A stretch of 64,000 nucleotides of DNA from Alphaproteobacteria bacterium. GTDB taxonomy: Bacteria > Pseudomonadota > Alphaproteobacteria > MPNO01 > UBA830. The DNA lies in NCBI GenBank assembly GCA_964291215.2, contig OZ219790.1, positions 992,001-1,056,000 on the forward strand, written 5' to 3'. The position numbers and the translations under genes are program-made. Shown here in pieces: positions 41,421-51,908 of the stretch. The notes beneath the pieces are model-generated. The model was not told the origin of the DNA. It was given only the letters and a program-made list of their open reading frames with translations, and made no database searches. Every line of letters begins with the position of its first letter. Positions within the stretch are counted from its first letter, which is position 1.

Positions 41421-42845
41421 CGAAACTTGTCGATGCAGGTTGCGTAATCCTTGTGAGGCGGCTCCTCGTGCGGTGGGTTCGACACCAGCCGCCGAGGAGA
41501 TTTCGGCGACCCCGGCGGTGCGTGTCCTGTCGGTTGACGATCAATGCGCGCAGGCGCGTGGTGACCCTGGTTCCGCATGCTCTCGCGGATTGATGTCCGG
41601 CACTTGTCGATGCCCCGCGCGGGGATCAGATGCACCGCGGCGAGCACGGCGATCAACAGGTGGGCGGCGATGCGCTGGCCGGGCGCAATCCGGGCTCGGA
41701 TTTCAATGAACGGAAGGTGGCCTCGATATCCGTGTCCCGAGGATGGTCTCGATATCCTGGTCGCTGGTGCGCAGGCGCCCGCGTTGTCTTGTCGTCTGTG
41801 GCTGAAGCGCACGGCCGTTGCGTTGGCGCCGGCCTTCTCGACAGTGATCTCGTAGTGTCGGACGACGGTGGAGAAGCGCTGCTCGAGACCGCTCTCCAGC
41901 ACCTTGTCGTGGCGCCGGCCCTTGGCCGAGAGGTGGAGCTTTTTGCCGCCTCGAAGCCCTGCGGCCAAGAATGGCGTCCTCGGCCCTCTTCCTGCTCTCG
42001 CTGACCACGTAGAGCCGCGCTGGCAAGGCGCCTGCACCTCGTGGTCGGTGATCAGCCTCGGGCCCACCCTCGGGCGGCGCCGCCCGCGATCCAGCCGTGC
42101 CCGCCACGCGATGTTCGCCTCGGTGCCGGCGTCCATGACTACCGTCGGCTTCGCCGCCCGCCTCCAGCCTCAGCAGCGCATCCGTGCCCGGCCACGTTGC
42201 CCCGCAAGACCTCGCAACTGCGCCGAAAGCCCGCGCCGCGCAAGCGTGGAGCAATCATTGCGCTTCTGCTTTGAGCGCCCGAAGCGGGGGAGATTGCCGT
42301 CGACGCGGCCGTTAACATTGGCGAGATCGTAAAAGGCGATGGTGTCGGGGATGCAGCGCGCGCTCACGGTTGAACAGCTCCTGGCGGCCCGGTGACGCAG
42401 GTCGCCGATGCGGTACAGCGTCTTGCGCGCCTTGCGCTCCGGATCCGGAAGCTCCGCGGTCGCGCTGTCATCGCGCAGCCGGCGCTCGCTGGCGGATCAT
42501 CCTGGCGACGATCAGCGCACTCGCGGCCCGTGATGCCGAGATCGTGAAGCCGAGATCGCGCCTCGAGGCACAGGCAGCCGACCGGGCGCGGGTTCTCGTG
42601 CTTGAGGCTGTCGAGGTTGACGGTCGCAATTTGCGTGCGTCTTCCTCCAGAGCGCCGGCACGGAACCTCCGGGCCCCTGTTGACGATGTCCTCGGCTGCG
42701 GCCTGCACGCGGCTTCGAACAGCGGCGGGTGGCCGTGGTCTCAATAACCCTAGGGCGCTACACTTGCGAACTTGCCTCGGCAAGAAGGGCTTCAGGAACG
42801 AGGCGAGAGAACGAAAATGCAATGACCTGACAGACAACACTAGGG
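41421..42845 (-). mobile_element. IS1634-family degenerate transposase
   Basis: FYDL.N, FGRSKQKR.DC, VMDAG.EANIAW, RI.AHL.IAVLA; boundaries approximate. Confidence 0.72.
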
Positions 42846-43113
42846 GCTCGGGATGGCAACCTCAAATAGACTACTTAATCAAAAACAGTAAATTCACGAT
42901 GGCAAGGTAAACAGAAACTTCGGTTTCTTACGACTTCCTGCTACCACACCATCTGCGGCGACATAACCGGAACAGCCGAGCAAGCCGACCGGATTGAATT
43001 GACCACACCCCATTATGGAGTTAGGTTTTTCAGACCGCGAGAGGACGCAGTCTCAGGCTGTTTTCCTGCTCGCTGCACCACATGGCACGAAGCTGGGCAA
43101 AGGGTGGCCATTC

Positions 43114-44337
43114 ATGCTTCGCAACAAACGCATACTCCTCGTCATCTCGGGTGGGATCGCAGCCTACAAGAGCCTTGAGCTGATCCGCCTCTTGCGTGAG
43201 CGTGGTGCTTCGGTCCGCTGCGTGATGACTAAGGCTGCATGCGAATTCGTCACCCCGCTCTCGATATCTGCTCTGAGCGAAGACAAGGCGTATTGCGACC
43301 TGTTCTCGCTTACCGATGAATCTGAGATGGGACATATTCGGTTGTCGCGGGAGGCAGACCTCTTGGTCGTGGCGCCAGCCACAGCCAATATCCTTGCAAA
43401 AATGGCCGGCGGTATCTGCGATGACCTCGCAAGCACGGTGTTGCTGGCCACGGACAAGGACGTTCTGGTTGCCCCGGCGATGAACGTGCGCATGTGGACT
43501 CATCCTGCCACCGCAGCTAATGTCTCGCAGCTAAGAAACCACGGCGTCCGTTTCACCGGGCCGGTCAAGGGTCCCATGGCTTGCCGCGAATTCGGCGAGG
43601 GCCGGATGGCAGAGCCCGGCCAGATCGTGGCCGAGATCGAACGATATTTCAGGAGATCGGGCCTGCTGGCGGGGCGCCAAGCCATCGTCACCAGCGGCCC
43701 CACCCATGAGGCCATCGATCCGGTGCGCTACATCGCCAACCGTTCCTCGGGCAAGCAGGGACATGCGATTGCCGCCGCGATTTCGCAGTGCGGAGCCGAT
43801 ACACTGCTGGTTGCCGGACCCTCGTTGGAGCCGGATCCGGCAGGCGTCAAGGTGGTTCACATTGAATCGGCGCGCGAAATGCACGACGCATGTATCGCCA
43901 GCCTCCCGGTGGATGTGGCAGTGTGCGCTGCCGCGGTTGCCGACTGGCGGCCTGCCCACGATCAGCCGCAGAAGATGAAGAAGAAGACATCCGGCAATTC
44001 CTTGTCGCAGCTGGAACTGACCGAGAATCCGGACATTCTCGCGGCGATCGCGGGAGCCGGAGAGAAACGCCCGCAACTGGTGATCGGATTTGCCGCCGAA
44101 ACCGAAGACATCGTGGCCCATGCCACCGAGAAACTCGCCCGCAAGGGATGCGACTGGATGCTCGCAAACGATGTCTCCTGCGGCACGGGTACCTTTGGCG
44201 GTGATTTCAACGAGGTCCACCTAGTGTCGAAAAACGGCGTCGAGAACTGGCCTGCGATGAGCAAATCCGGAGTTGCCGATCAACTGGCCAGCAGAATTTG
44301 CGACGCGTTGATCCCCGGGCAGGACACGGCGGAATGA
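43114..44337 (+). CDS. coaBC: Phosphopantothenoylcysteine decarboxylase/ligase
   Basis: [39 protein letters not shown]. Confidence 0.97.
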   Translation: MLRNKRILLVISGGIAAYKSLELIRLLRERGASVRCVMTKAACEFVTPLSISALSEDKAYCDLFSLTDESEMGHIRLSREADLLVVAPATANILAKMAGGICDDLASTVLLATDKDVLVAPAMNVRMWTHPATAANVSQLRNHGVRFTGPVKGPMACREFGEGRMAEPGQIVAEIERYFRRSGLLAGRQAIVTSGPTHEAIDPVRYIANRSSGKQGHAIAAAISQCGADTLLVAGPSLEPDPAGVKVVHIESAREMHDACIASLPVDVAVCAAAVADWRPAHDQPQKMKKKTSGNSLSQLELTENPDILAAIAGAGEKRPQLVIGFAAETEDIVAHATEKLARKGCDWMLANDVSCGTGTFGGDFNEVHLVSKNGVENWPAMSKSGVADQLASRICDALIPGQDTAE

Positions 44338-44783
44338 CGTCCATTCGCGTCCAAGTGACGCGCCTCGACCACAACCAGGATCTGGACCTGCCGTCCTACG
44401 AAACCACGCAGTCTGCAGGAATGGATCTGGCGGCCGCGATCGACGAACCACTCAGGCTTGAGCCCGGCGAACGGGCCCTGGTGCCGACCGGCCTCGCCAT
44501 TGCGCTGCCTCACGGGTACGAGGCGCAGGTGCGACCGCGTTCGGGCCTTGCGATCCGTCATGGAGTCACGCTGCCCAACACCCCGGGGACGATCGATGCA
44601 GATTACCGAGGCGAGATCAAGATCATCGTGATCAACCTGGGCGACACCGCGTTCGAGATTGTGCGCGGCATGCGCATCGCCCAGATGATCATTGCACCGG
44701 TGATCCGCGCCGAACTCGTGGAAGTCTCCGAACTTCCAGAAACCGAACGAGGCGCCGGCGGTTTCGGGTCGACCGGAACCTGA
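44334..44783 (+). CDS. dut: dUTPase
   Basis: [30 protein letters not shown]. Confidence 0.98.
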   Translation: MTSIRVQVTRLDHNQDLDLPSYETTQSAGMDLAAAIDEPLRLEPGERALVPTGLAIALPHGYEAQVRPRSGLAIRHGVTLPNTPGTIDADYRGEIKIIVINLGDTAFEIVRGMRIAQMIIAPVIRAELVEVSELPETERGAGGFGSTGT

Positions 44784-44864
44784 AATTTCGAGGACCGGCA
44801 GGCAGCGCGATCCTTCGCATCCGCAGGCACGGACGGCCCGCTCATTGGCCAGGGCGCCGACACC

Positions 44865-45674
44865 ATGGAATTTTCCGAAGACCAGATTCGCAGATACGCC
44901 CGCCACATCGTGCTGCCGGAGGTCGGCGGGATGGGACAGGCCAAACTCCTTGGTTCCAGTGTCCTGGTGATCGGCGCCGGTGGCCTTGGAACGCCGCTCC
45001 TCCTGTATCTGGCCGCAGCCGGGGTCGGAACGGTCGGCGTCATCGACGACGATGTCGTGGACCTCACCAATCTCCAGCGGCAGGTCATTCACACGACCGA
45101 TCGCATCGGGACCGCAAAGACGGCAAGCGCCGGCACCGCGATAAGGGAGATCAACCCGGACACGGTGTTCCATGCGCATGACGAGCGCCTGACGGCAGCA
45201 AACGCTGCAGCGCTAGTGGCGCAATACGATGTAGTGGCCGACGGAAGTGACAATTTCGAGACCAGATTCCTTGTCAATGATGCCTGTCATCTCGGAGGCA
45301 CACCGCTGGTCTCCGCCACGATCCTGCGTTTCGAGGGGCAGATTGCGACTTTTCGCTCGGGTCTCGGTACCGGCGATCCGTGCTACCGCTGCCTCTACCG
45401 CGAGCCGCCCCGCCCCGGACTGACGCCGAGCTGCGCGGAGGGCGGTGTACTCGGCGCTCTCGCCGGCGCCGTCGGCTCTCTGCAGGCGGTCGAGGTGCTG
45501 AAGGAAATCATGGGCATCGGCGACAGCCTGGCGGGCTCGTTGCTGATATATGACGCTCTGGCCGCATCCGTCCGCAAGATGAAGCTCGCGCGTGATCCCG
45601 GATGCCCGCTCTGCGGCGACGCGCCATCCATTTCCGACCTCTCGCTTCACGCCATCGTAAACGCAGGGGAGTAG
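44865..45674 (+). CDS. moeB: Molybdopterin-synthase adenylyltransferase
   Basis: RYARH, GAGGLG, NLQRQ, DNF.TR, CYRC..CPLC. Confidence 0.92.
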   Translation: MEFSEDQIRRYARHIVLPEVGGMGQAKLLGSSVLVIGAGGLGTPLLLYLAAAGVGTVGVIDDDVVDLTNLQRQVIHTTDRIGTAKTASAGTAIREINPDTVFHAHDERLTAANAAALVAQYDVVADGSDNFETRFLVNDACHLGGTPLVSATILRFEGQIATFRSGLGTGDPCYRCLYREPPRPGLTPSCAEGGVLGALAGAVGSLQAVEVLKEIMGIGDSLAGSLLIYDALAASVRKMKLARDPGCPLCGDAPSISDLSLHAIVNAGE

Positions 45675-45678
45675 AGGA

Positions 45679-46062
45679 ATGCCGGCGCCCGAAAAACTCT
45701 CCCTGATCATCCAGAGCGGCGATCGCGAGCGAGTTTACTACGCCTTGGTAATGGCCGCGGCAGCGCTGGCGATCGGAAAACCCGTCACGCTGTTCTTCAC
45801 GATGGACGGAACACACGCGCTGACCAGAAATTGGATCGGCGACAGCGAAGAGGCAGAGCGACACGGCGCCGGGATTGCGGACATGGAGGAACTGATGTCT
45901 TCCTGCATCGAACTCAAGGGCCGGTTCATGGTCTGCGAGACCGGCCTGCGAGCTGCCGGACTTCAGTTCGGCGACCTGCGCGAGGACATTCCGGTCGAGC
46001 AGGGAAGCGCGGTCAGCTTCCTTTCCGACGCTTCCAGGCACGGCGTCATGCTGTACATATAG
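45679..46062 (+). CDS. DsrE/DsrF/DrsE-like protein
   Basis: ALVMA.AA.A.G..VTLFFTM.G, EEL...C.E......C. Confidence 0.8.
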   Translation: MPAPEKLSLIIQSGDRERVYYALVMAAAALAIGKPVTLFFTMDGTHALTRNWIGDSEEAERHGAGIADMEELMSSCIELKGRFMVCETGLRAAGLQFGDLREDIPVEQGSAVSFLSDASRHGVMLYI

Positions 46063-46083
46063 GACCGCGTCGGCGGCCCACCC

Positions 46084-47064
46084 TCATCGCGGATCAACGC
46101 GGTTCGGTGGATCGTCATGCGCAAGGAAACCGGTGATGTTGGCGATAACCTTTTCGCCCATCGCCGAGCGGCTTTCGCTGGTAGCGGAGCCAAGATGCGG
46201 TGCAAGGACAACATTGTCGAGCGCAAGCAGGGCCGGCTCCACAGCAGGCTCCCTCTCATAGACGTCGAGGCCTGCGCCGGCGAGTTTCCCGTCGGCAAGA
46301 CAGCGTGCGAGCGCTGCCTCGTCAATGATCTCGCCACGCGCCGTATTGACCACGACGGCATCCCGGGGCAGCAGGTTCAGCCGCCTCTCGTCAAGGAGAT
46401 GACGGGTCTCGGGCGTATAGGGGCAGTTGATCGAGAGAACGTCCGTTTCGGCAAGCATCAGGTCGAGATCCTCCTGCCATGTCGCCTCAAGCGCATGTTC
46501 CACCTCGACCGGCAGGCGTTGCCGGTTGTGATACTGCACGCGCATTCGGAAACCGAGCGCCCGCCGCGCGACAGCCTGCCCGATCCGTCCCATCCCGACG
46601 ATGCCGAGCCGCCTGCCAGTCAGCCTGCGGCCCACCATGAATGTAGGAGACCAGCCCTGCCAGACGCCGCTGCGCACCAGCCGGTCGCCCTCGACGAGAC
46701 GGCGCGGAACTGCCAGCATCAGGCTCAGCGCGATGTCCGCGGTGTCGTCTGTCAACACATCCGGAGTGTTGGTTACGACAAGTCCGCGCACCGTGGCGGC
46801 GGCGAGATCGATGTGGTTTACCCCGACCCCGAAATTTGCCAGCAGCCGGACAGTTTCCGGAAGTCGTGCGATCAACTCGGCGTCGAACCTGTCGGTAACC
46901 GTCGGCACGACAACATCGGCACCGAACGCGGCCACCACGATCTCGCCCGCCGCCATCGGAATATCGTCGGCGTTCAGCCGAACATCAAACATATCCCTCA
47001 TGCGGGATTCGATGCCTTGCGGCAGGGCGCGCGTAACGAGAACGCAGGGACGAGTGGCAATCAT
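46084..47064 (-). CDS. D-2-hydroxyacid dehydrogenase (glyoxylate reductase-like)
   Basis: NTPDVLT..TAD, GMGRIG, NTARG, DVYE.EP, PHLGS. Confidence 0.93.
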   Translation of the reverse strand: MIATRPCVLVTRALPQGIESRMRDMFDVRLNADDIPMAAGEIVVAAFGADVVVPTVTDRFDAELIARLPETVRLLANFGVGVNHIDLAAATVRGLVVTNTPDVLTDDTADIALSLMLAVPRRLVEGDRLVRSGVWQGWSPTFMVGRRLTGRRLGIVGMGRIGQAVARRALGFRMRVQYHNRQRLPVEVEHALEATWQEDLDLMLAETDVLSINCPYTPETRHLLDERRLNLLPRDAVVVNTARGEIIDEAALARCLADGKLAGAGLDVYEREPAVEPALLALDNVVLAPHLGSATSESRSAMGEKVIANITGFLAHDDPPNRVDPR

Positions 47065-47162
47065 CAGACGTCGCAAAGCAGAGAATTGTTAATGGATATC
47101 GACAGCATACCCGGGTGGGGCCACCCGGCAAATCCCGGCACCGGCAAAAGGGAAGCGACCCT

Positions 47163-47356
47163 CACGATGATCCCACGCTAATTCGGAGACGCGAAATCCG
47201 AATGTCTTGGGGGCTCGCGTCATCACAGATCGCCCCCTTGATCGCAATTTTCGTGCCGAGAAGGCCCCATCGAGCCTTGGCGGCACGATTGCAGCGCGAC
47301 GCAAACTGTAAAAATCTCGCCAGTCGTCGCTGGATTAGCAGCGTGGGATCATCGTG
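47163..47356 (+). mobile_element. MITE-A copy 3 (194 bp)
   Basis: Perfect 17-bp TIR CACGATGATCCCACGCT; perfect 9-bp TSD AGCGACCCT. Confidence 0.93.
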
Positions 47357-47627
47357 AGCGACCCTGCATCCGTATTGAAACTTCCCGCAACGAGCGCTAC
47401 CCTGTCGGCATCTTGTGGAAGAGTTCCTGCTCCCACAACCGATATTGTTGTCCAGCCTTGAATTTCCGGAGACGCGCCGCCGGTGCCGGCCCGAACATGA
47501 TGTCCAAGACCCATCACCGTCCGGATCGGGCATGCCGTCGAGATTCCCGTGCGGTTGGCCAAAAAACCGGTATCAGCAGACACCTGTGTGCCGGGCTGGT
47601 GATCCGACTGCACATGTCGGACAGTTC

Positions 47628-48128
47628 ATGACGAAACGTTCAATGACGGGCATCGTCGGACGAAGCGCGGTTGCCGCCCTGGCCGCCCTGTTGCCGGCTT
47701 TCGCAGCGGCGGACACGGGACTCCAACTGCCGCGCTTTGCCTCGCTGCGCGCCAACGAAGTCAATTTGAGAGCCGGGCCGGGACAGCAATATCCGATAGA
47801 CTGGATCTTTCGGTACAAGGGTATGCCGGTCAAGATCATTGCCGAATACGATCACTGGCGTCAAGTCCGCGACTGGGAAGGGACTGAGGGTTGGATTCAC
47901 AAGTCCCTGCTCTCGGGACGACGCACGGCGATGGTCGTGGGAAAGGAGCACCCCCTCCGGCGATCTCCGGAAAGCAATTCTGGCGTGGTAGCGCGGATCG
48001 AGGGACGGGTTGTCGGACGGATTCTGGACTGCAAGAGGCACTGGTGCCGGCTGGATATCGGAGACTATCGCGGCTGGATGCAACGCAACCATCTGTGGGG
48101 AGCAGATCCGGCTCCACGGGAAGAATAG
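47628..48128 (+). CDS. Secreted bacterial SH3-domain protein
   Basis: Signal peptide, TGL.LPRFASL..NEVNLR.GPG..YPI.W, WR.VRD.EG.EGW. Confidence 0.9.
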   Translation: MTKRSMTGIVGRSAVAALAALLPAFAAADTGLQLPRFASLRANEVNLRAGPGQQYPIDWIFRYKGMPVKIIAEYDHWRQVRDWEGTEGWIHKSLLSGRRTAMVVGKEHPLRRSPESNSGVVARIEGRVVGRILDCKRHWCRLDIGDYRGWMQRNHLWGADPAPREE

Positions 48129-48224
48129 GCCGCTGAATCAGACCGGGCCGGGATCCGCCGCCCGCCTACAGGACTGCGCACGGGCGCCACCTGAAGCCGT
48201 TGCGCCATCCGTACGAGGCGCGGA

Positions 48225-49145
48225 TCAGGATCCGCCGGGGCCTGATTCGGACGCAGCGGACGGAGACGGGCCAAGCGTCGCAGTCCCGAACGAGCCGTCG
48301 GTCACCTGTCCACTCCTGTAGAAGACGGGATTCGCGAACGCGAGCCGCCTTGCCATCACGTTTACCGCTTCTTCGCTGCTATCCACAAGCACGGCGTTCC
48401 GGCCGGCGCGGATCGCCGCTTCGCCCGTCGTTCCGCTGCCCGCAAAGAAATCCAGAATCTGCTCATCGGGATTTGAATGAACACGGACGATTCGGTTCAG
48501 GATCGCCAGCGGCTTCTGGGTCGGATACCCGGTTCTTTCCTTGCCGCCGGAGCTGACAATGGTATTCCACCAGGTATCCGTCGGAGTCTTGCCCCTTGCA
48601 GCCTTCTCCGGCCCGACCAGTCCCGGCGCCATGTAGGGGATGCGGTCGATGTCCCCGAATCGGTAGGTGTATTTTTCCGGGTCCTTGGCATACCAGAGAA
48701 TATTGTCATGCTTCGGAGACCAGCGCCGCTTCGATCGAGCTCCGTAGTCATAGGCCCAGATTATTTCGTTGATGAATGACTCGCGGCCAAAAATCTCATC
48801 CAAGAGAATCTTGCAGTAGTGAGCCTCCCGGTAGTCGATATGGAGGAAAAACGAGCCGGCAGGGGAAAGCAGCCGGCGAGCTTCGCGGAACCGGGGTTCG
48901 ACAAATGACATGTAGTCGCCGAAGAAATCGGAGAATGATGACGTGCCCAGTCGAGTCGTCCTGTATCGTTTGCCCTGAAAGCCCAGCCTGTCCCCGTCCT
49001 TGTCCATTACCGTCTTCAACCGTGTGCGGGACTGGAGCTTGCCCGTGTTGAACGGCGGATCGATGTAGATCAGGCTGAAGCGTTCCGCTTCAAACTCGGA
49101 AATGATGTCGAGATTGTTGCCGAGATGAATCTCGAGTCTGTTCAT
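48225..49145 (-). CDS. Orphan beta-class N4/N6 DNA methyltransferase
   Basis: YIDPPF, NEIIWAY, YPTQKP, LDFFAGSGTTG. Confidence 0.9.
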   Translation of the reverse strand: MNRLEIHLGNNLDIISEFEAERFSLIYIDPPFNTGKLQSRTRLKTVMDKDGDRLGFQGKRYRTTRLGTSSFSDFFGDYMSFVEPRFREARRLLSPAGSFFLHIDYREAHYCKILLDEIFGRESFINEIIWAYDYGARSKRRWSPKHDNILWYAKDPEKYTYRFGDIDRIPYMAPGLVGPEKAARGKTPTDTWWNTIVSSGGKERTGYPTQKPLAILNRIVRVHSNPDEQILDFFAGSGTTGEAAIRAGRNAVLVDSSEEAVNVMARRLAFANPVFYRSGQVTDGSFGTATLGPSPSAASESGPGGS

Positions 49146-49233
49146 TTCCGGACTCCTTCGGCCATCGCTCAACCGATGATGAAGTGCGGGATCCAGAGCG
49201 CCCGTTCTTTTTCAGCCCGGCCGGGCGCGCGGT

Positions 49234-49839
49234 CTATCCGTCCGGTACCCGGAAGTCCTCGCTCAGCGCCCGCCGCACATGCTCAGGGACGACGGCCATG
49301 TGACCGTACTGCGGATGTCCGATGGCAACCACCGCCTCGGCGCTGCCGGATCGCATGGCGTCAACCGCCTCGTCGTCGAACGGGAAGTGCACGAAATGAA
49401 CCGAAGACGTCTTTCCGTCAGCGCGGGTGCGATCCATGTCAGCTTCCGCCACACCCCGGATCCTGCTATCGCCTACGGAAATGAACATTGCCTGCTCGAC
49501 GCTACCGAGTTCTCCGAGAATCCGTTTCCGCTGCGCCGGATCCCCGATCTCGAACATCACCGTGGCCACGAGTTCGCGGCCCTGGGGAATCAGCGGGTTA
49601 TAGGCCTCGAGCTCATCCTGGATCTGGGCCTCGCCACCACGCTCAATATAGAGCATCTCGTGGACCTGGTGCCACATGGTCTCATAGTTCTCGAAATGGA
49701 ACGTGGCGTGCGGCCCGACCGCCACCCGCCTGTTCTTTTTTAGCGCGATCAGAGCCTTCCTGCGCGCGCGGCGTTCGGAGGCATACCGTTCCATCGGAAG
49801 GATATCGGCGCGGGTAATCTGTGTCGGAGATGCGTTCAC
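49234..49839 (-). CDS. DUF3501 family protein
   Basis: KKNRRV.VGP, FEN..T...Q..EML.IE, AYNPLIP, KTSSVHF. Confidence 0.9.
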   Translation of the reverse strand: MNASPTQITRADILPMERYASERRARRKALIALKKNRRVAVGPHATFHFENYETMWHQVHEMLYIERGGEAQIQDELEAYNPLIPQGRELVATVMFEIGDPAQRKRILGELGSVEQAMFISVGDSRIRGVAEADMDRTRADGKTSSVHFVHFPFDDEAVDAMRSGSAEAVVAIGHPQYGHMAVVPEHVRRALSEDFRVPDG

Positions 49840-51182
49840 GTCTGCCTCCTGCAGGCCTGCGCGAGCAGCCGGATCGGATGCGGCACATGCTCCGGTACAT
49901 GTTCCCCGTCGCCTGCCAGACGCTCCATGCCCTGGCGGAGATGATCTCCTGCCAGCGGACATTCGGATACCACCCACCGTCGATCCGCCCGCAGCGCGCG
50001 CCGTGCGGCGGGCCGTCCGATCTTGAGCGCCGTATCGAAATTCTCCCTCATCATGCCCCAGGAGCCCCCATGCCCCGAGCAGCGCTCAACCACCTGCACG
50101 TCGGTGTCGGGAATCAGCCGCAACAGTTCCGCAGCTTTCTGCCCAACATTCTGTGCCCTTGCATGGCAGGCGAGGTGGACCGTCACGCCGCCGTCAAGGG
50201 GCTGCGGCTCGTCGGCCAGGCCTTCCTTGCGGGCAATGTCGACGATGTACTGGCTGATATCCCAGCTCGCTTCGGAGAGGCGCCGCAGGTCGTCATCCTC
50301 AGGGAGCAGGAGCGGCCACTCGAACTTGAGCATAAGCGTGCAGCTCGGAGTGAGTGCAACCACATCATATCCATTGTCTACCCACGGGATGAGGGCTGCC
50401 GCAACCCGCCGCGCGTTCTTTGTCACGGCCTCGATGTCGCCATGCTCGAATTTCGGCATGCCACAACAGGTCGGGTAGACGACTTCGGCCTCGACGCCGT
50501 TGCGGGCCAGAATCTCAAGCGCATCCTCGCCCGTCTCGGGATCGTTGTAGTTGACGAAACAGGTGGCATAGACGACAGCCTTCCGCCCGAATGCCGGCGC
50601 ATCACGGTTGACCGGCACAGGCGCGGCGCGAGCGCGCATCGTCAGCGTCCTGCCGTGAAACTTCGGCACAGCAGCGCGCCGATCGATGCCGGTAGCGGCC
50701 TCGACCACCGGTCGCATCAGCTTGTTCCCGGTATCGGTGGCCCAGTTGGCAAGCGGCGCAACAGGCGCAGCGAGCCTGCCGTTGCGGTCGGTTTCGGCGA
50801 GTTGCTGCCTGACGAAACTGGTCCCACCCTTCTTGCGCTGCACAGCGCGATAACGAAGCATGAGGTGCGGCACATCGAGATTGAACTCGTGCGGCGGCAC
50901 ATAAGGACACTTGGTCATGAAACACATGTCGCACAGCGTGCATGCATCGACCACGCCGCGGAAGTCCTCGGAAGAGACCGTGTCGAGTTCCAGACTCTCC
51001 GATTCGTCGATCAGATCAAAAAGCCGGGGAAAGGAGTCGCAAAGATTGTGGCAGCGCCTGCAGCCGTGACACACATCAAATTGACGGCGCATCTCGGCGT
51101 CCAGCTTCTCCTCGTCGAGAAAATCGGGATCGCGCCACGGAACAGGATGACGCTCCGGCGCTTCAAGACTGCCTTCAGCCAC
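49836..51182 (-). CDS. Fe-S oxidoreductase with CCG domains (GlpC/HdrD-like)
   Basis: CHGCRRC..LC, CTLCDMC...KCP, CCGMP, CSGH. Confidence 0.9.
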   Translation of the reverse strand: MAEGSLEAPERHPVPWRDPDFLDEEKLDAEMRRQFDVCHGCRRCHNLCDSFPRLFDLIDESESLELDTVSSEDFRGVVDACTLCDMCFMTKCPYVPPHEFNLDVPHLMLRYRAVQRKKGGTSFVRQQLAETDRNGRLAAPVAPLANWATDTGNKLMRPVVEAATGIDRRAAVPKFHGRTLTMRARAAPVPVNRDAPAFGRKAVVYATCFVNYNDPETGEDALEILARNGVEAEVVYPTCCGMPKFEHGDIEAVTKNARRVAAALIPWVDNGYDVVALTPSCTLMLKFEWPLLLPEDDDLRRLSEASWDISQYIVDIARKEGLADEPQPLDGGVTVHLACHARAQNVGQKAAELLRLIPDTDVQVVERCSGHGGSWGMMRENFDTALKIGRPAARRALRADRRWVVSECPLAGDHLRQGMERLAGDGEHVPEHVPHPIRLLAQACRRQT

Positions 51183-51228
51183 TGAAATTCCTCGTGTTCC
51201 CGGATCCGGGCCCGGCCTCGCGGACGCC

Positions 51229-51262
51229 CGCCCGGGACGGCCTCACGCCGTCGTCCCGGGCG
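51229..51262. other. Intergenic GC-rich hairpin after the rubrerythrin gene
   Basis: CGCCCGGGACG ... CGTCCCGGGCG inverted repeat, no U tract. Confidence 0.55.
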
Positions 51263-51304
51263 AGTGTCGCACCGCAGATCTGCCCGGCGCGGTCCCGGAC
51301 GCGA

Positions 51305-51724
51305 TCAGTCAAGCTCATTCAGAGCCTTCTGGAAGCGGCCCGCATGCGACCGCTCGGCCTTTGCCAGTGTCTCGAACCAGTCGGCGATCTCGTCGAAATT
51401 CTCGTCACGGGCTTCCTTCGCCATGCTGGGGTACATGTCGGTGTATTCGTGCGTTTCCCCCGCTACCGCCGCCTTCAGATTGTCCGAGGTAGTCCCGATC
51501 GGCTCGCCCGTTGCCGGGTCGCCCACCTCCTCGAGATACTCGAGATGGCCGTGCGCATGCCCGGTCTCGCCTTCGGCGGTCGAGCGGAAGACGGCGGCAA
51601 CATCGTTGTAACCCTCGACATCCGCTTTCTGGGCAAAGTAGAGATAGCGGCGGTTTGCTTGGGATTCCCCAGCAAACGCATCCTTCAGGTTCTGTTCCGT
51701 CTTGGTTCCGGCGAGTGATGCCAT
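51305..51724 (-). CDS. Rubrerythrin (erythrin, no rubredoxin domain)
   Basis: [17 protein letters not shown]...MYP, AE..H. Confidence 0.95.
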   Translation of the reverse strand: MASLAGTKTEQNLKDAFAGESQANRRYLYFAQKADVEGYNDVAAVFRSTAEGETGHAHGHLEYLEEVGDPATGEPIGTTSDNLKAAVAGETHEYTDMYPSMAKEARDENFDEIADWFETLAKAERSHAGRFQKALNELD

Positions 51725-51836
51725 GTTGGCCTCCTTGTTGTTAGTGTGATGCGGAACCGCAGCCACAAGAGCGCTGTCAGCGATGGGAGCGGTCGGTAGC
51801 CCGCAGTATAGGCTTCACGCCGGTTTCCGTCAATAG

Positions 51837-51853
51837 TTTAGAACTGTTCCAGA
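51837..51853. promoter_or_regulatory. Irr box (ICE-like) upstream of rubrerythrin operon
   Basis: TTTAGAA-CTG-TTCCAGA against consensus TTTAGAA-N3-TTCTAAA. Confidence 0.7.
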
Positions 51854-51908
51854 TTATTTTCTCTGCGTCGGGGCAACGCAAACGCCAGCGTCTGCCGGCG
51901 CGGCGGCC

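Noticed and set aside
48225-49145. MTase as CcrM
   Set aside because: DPPF rather than DPPY and no recognisable CcrM C-terminal domain
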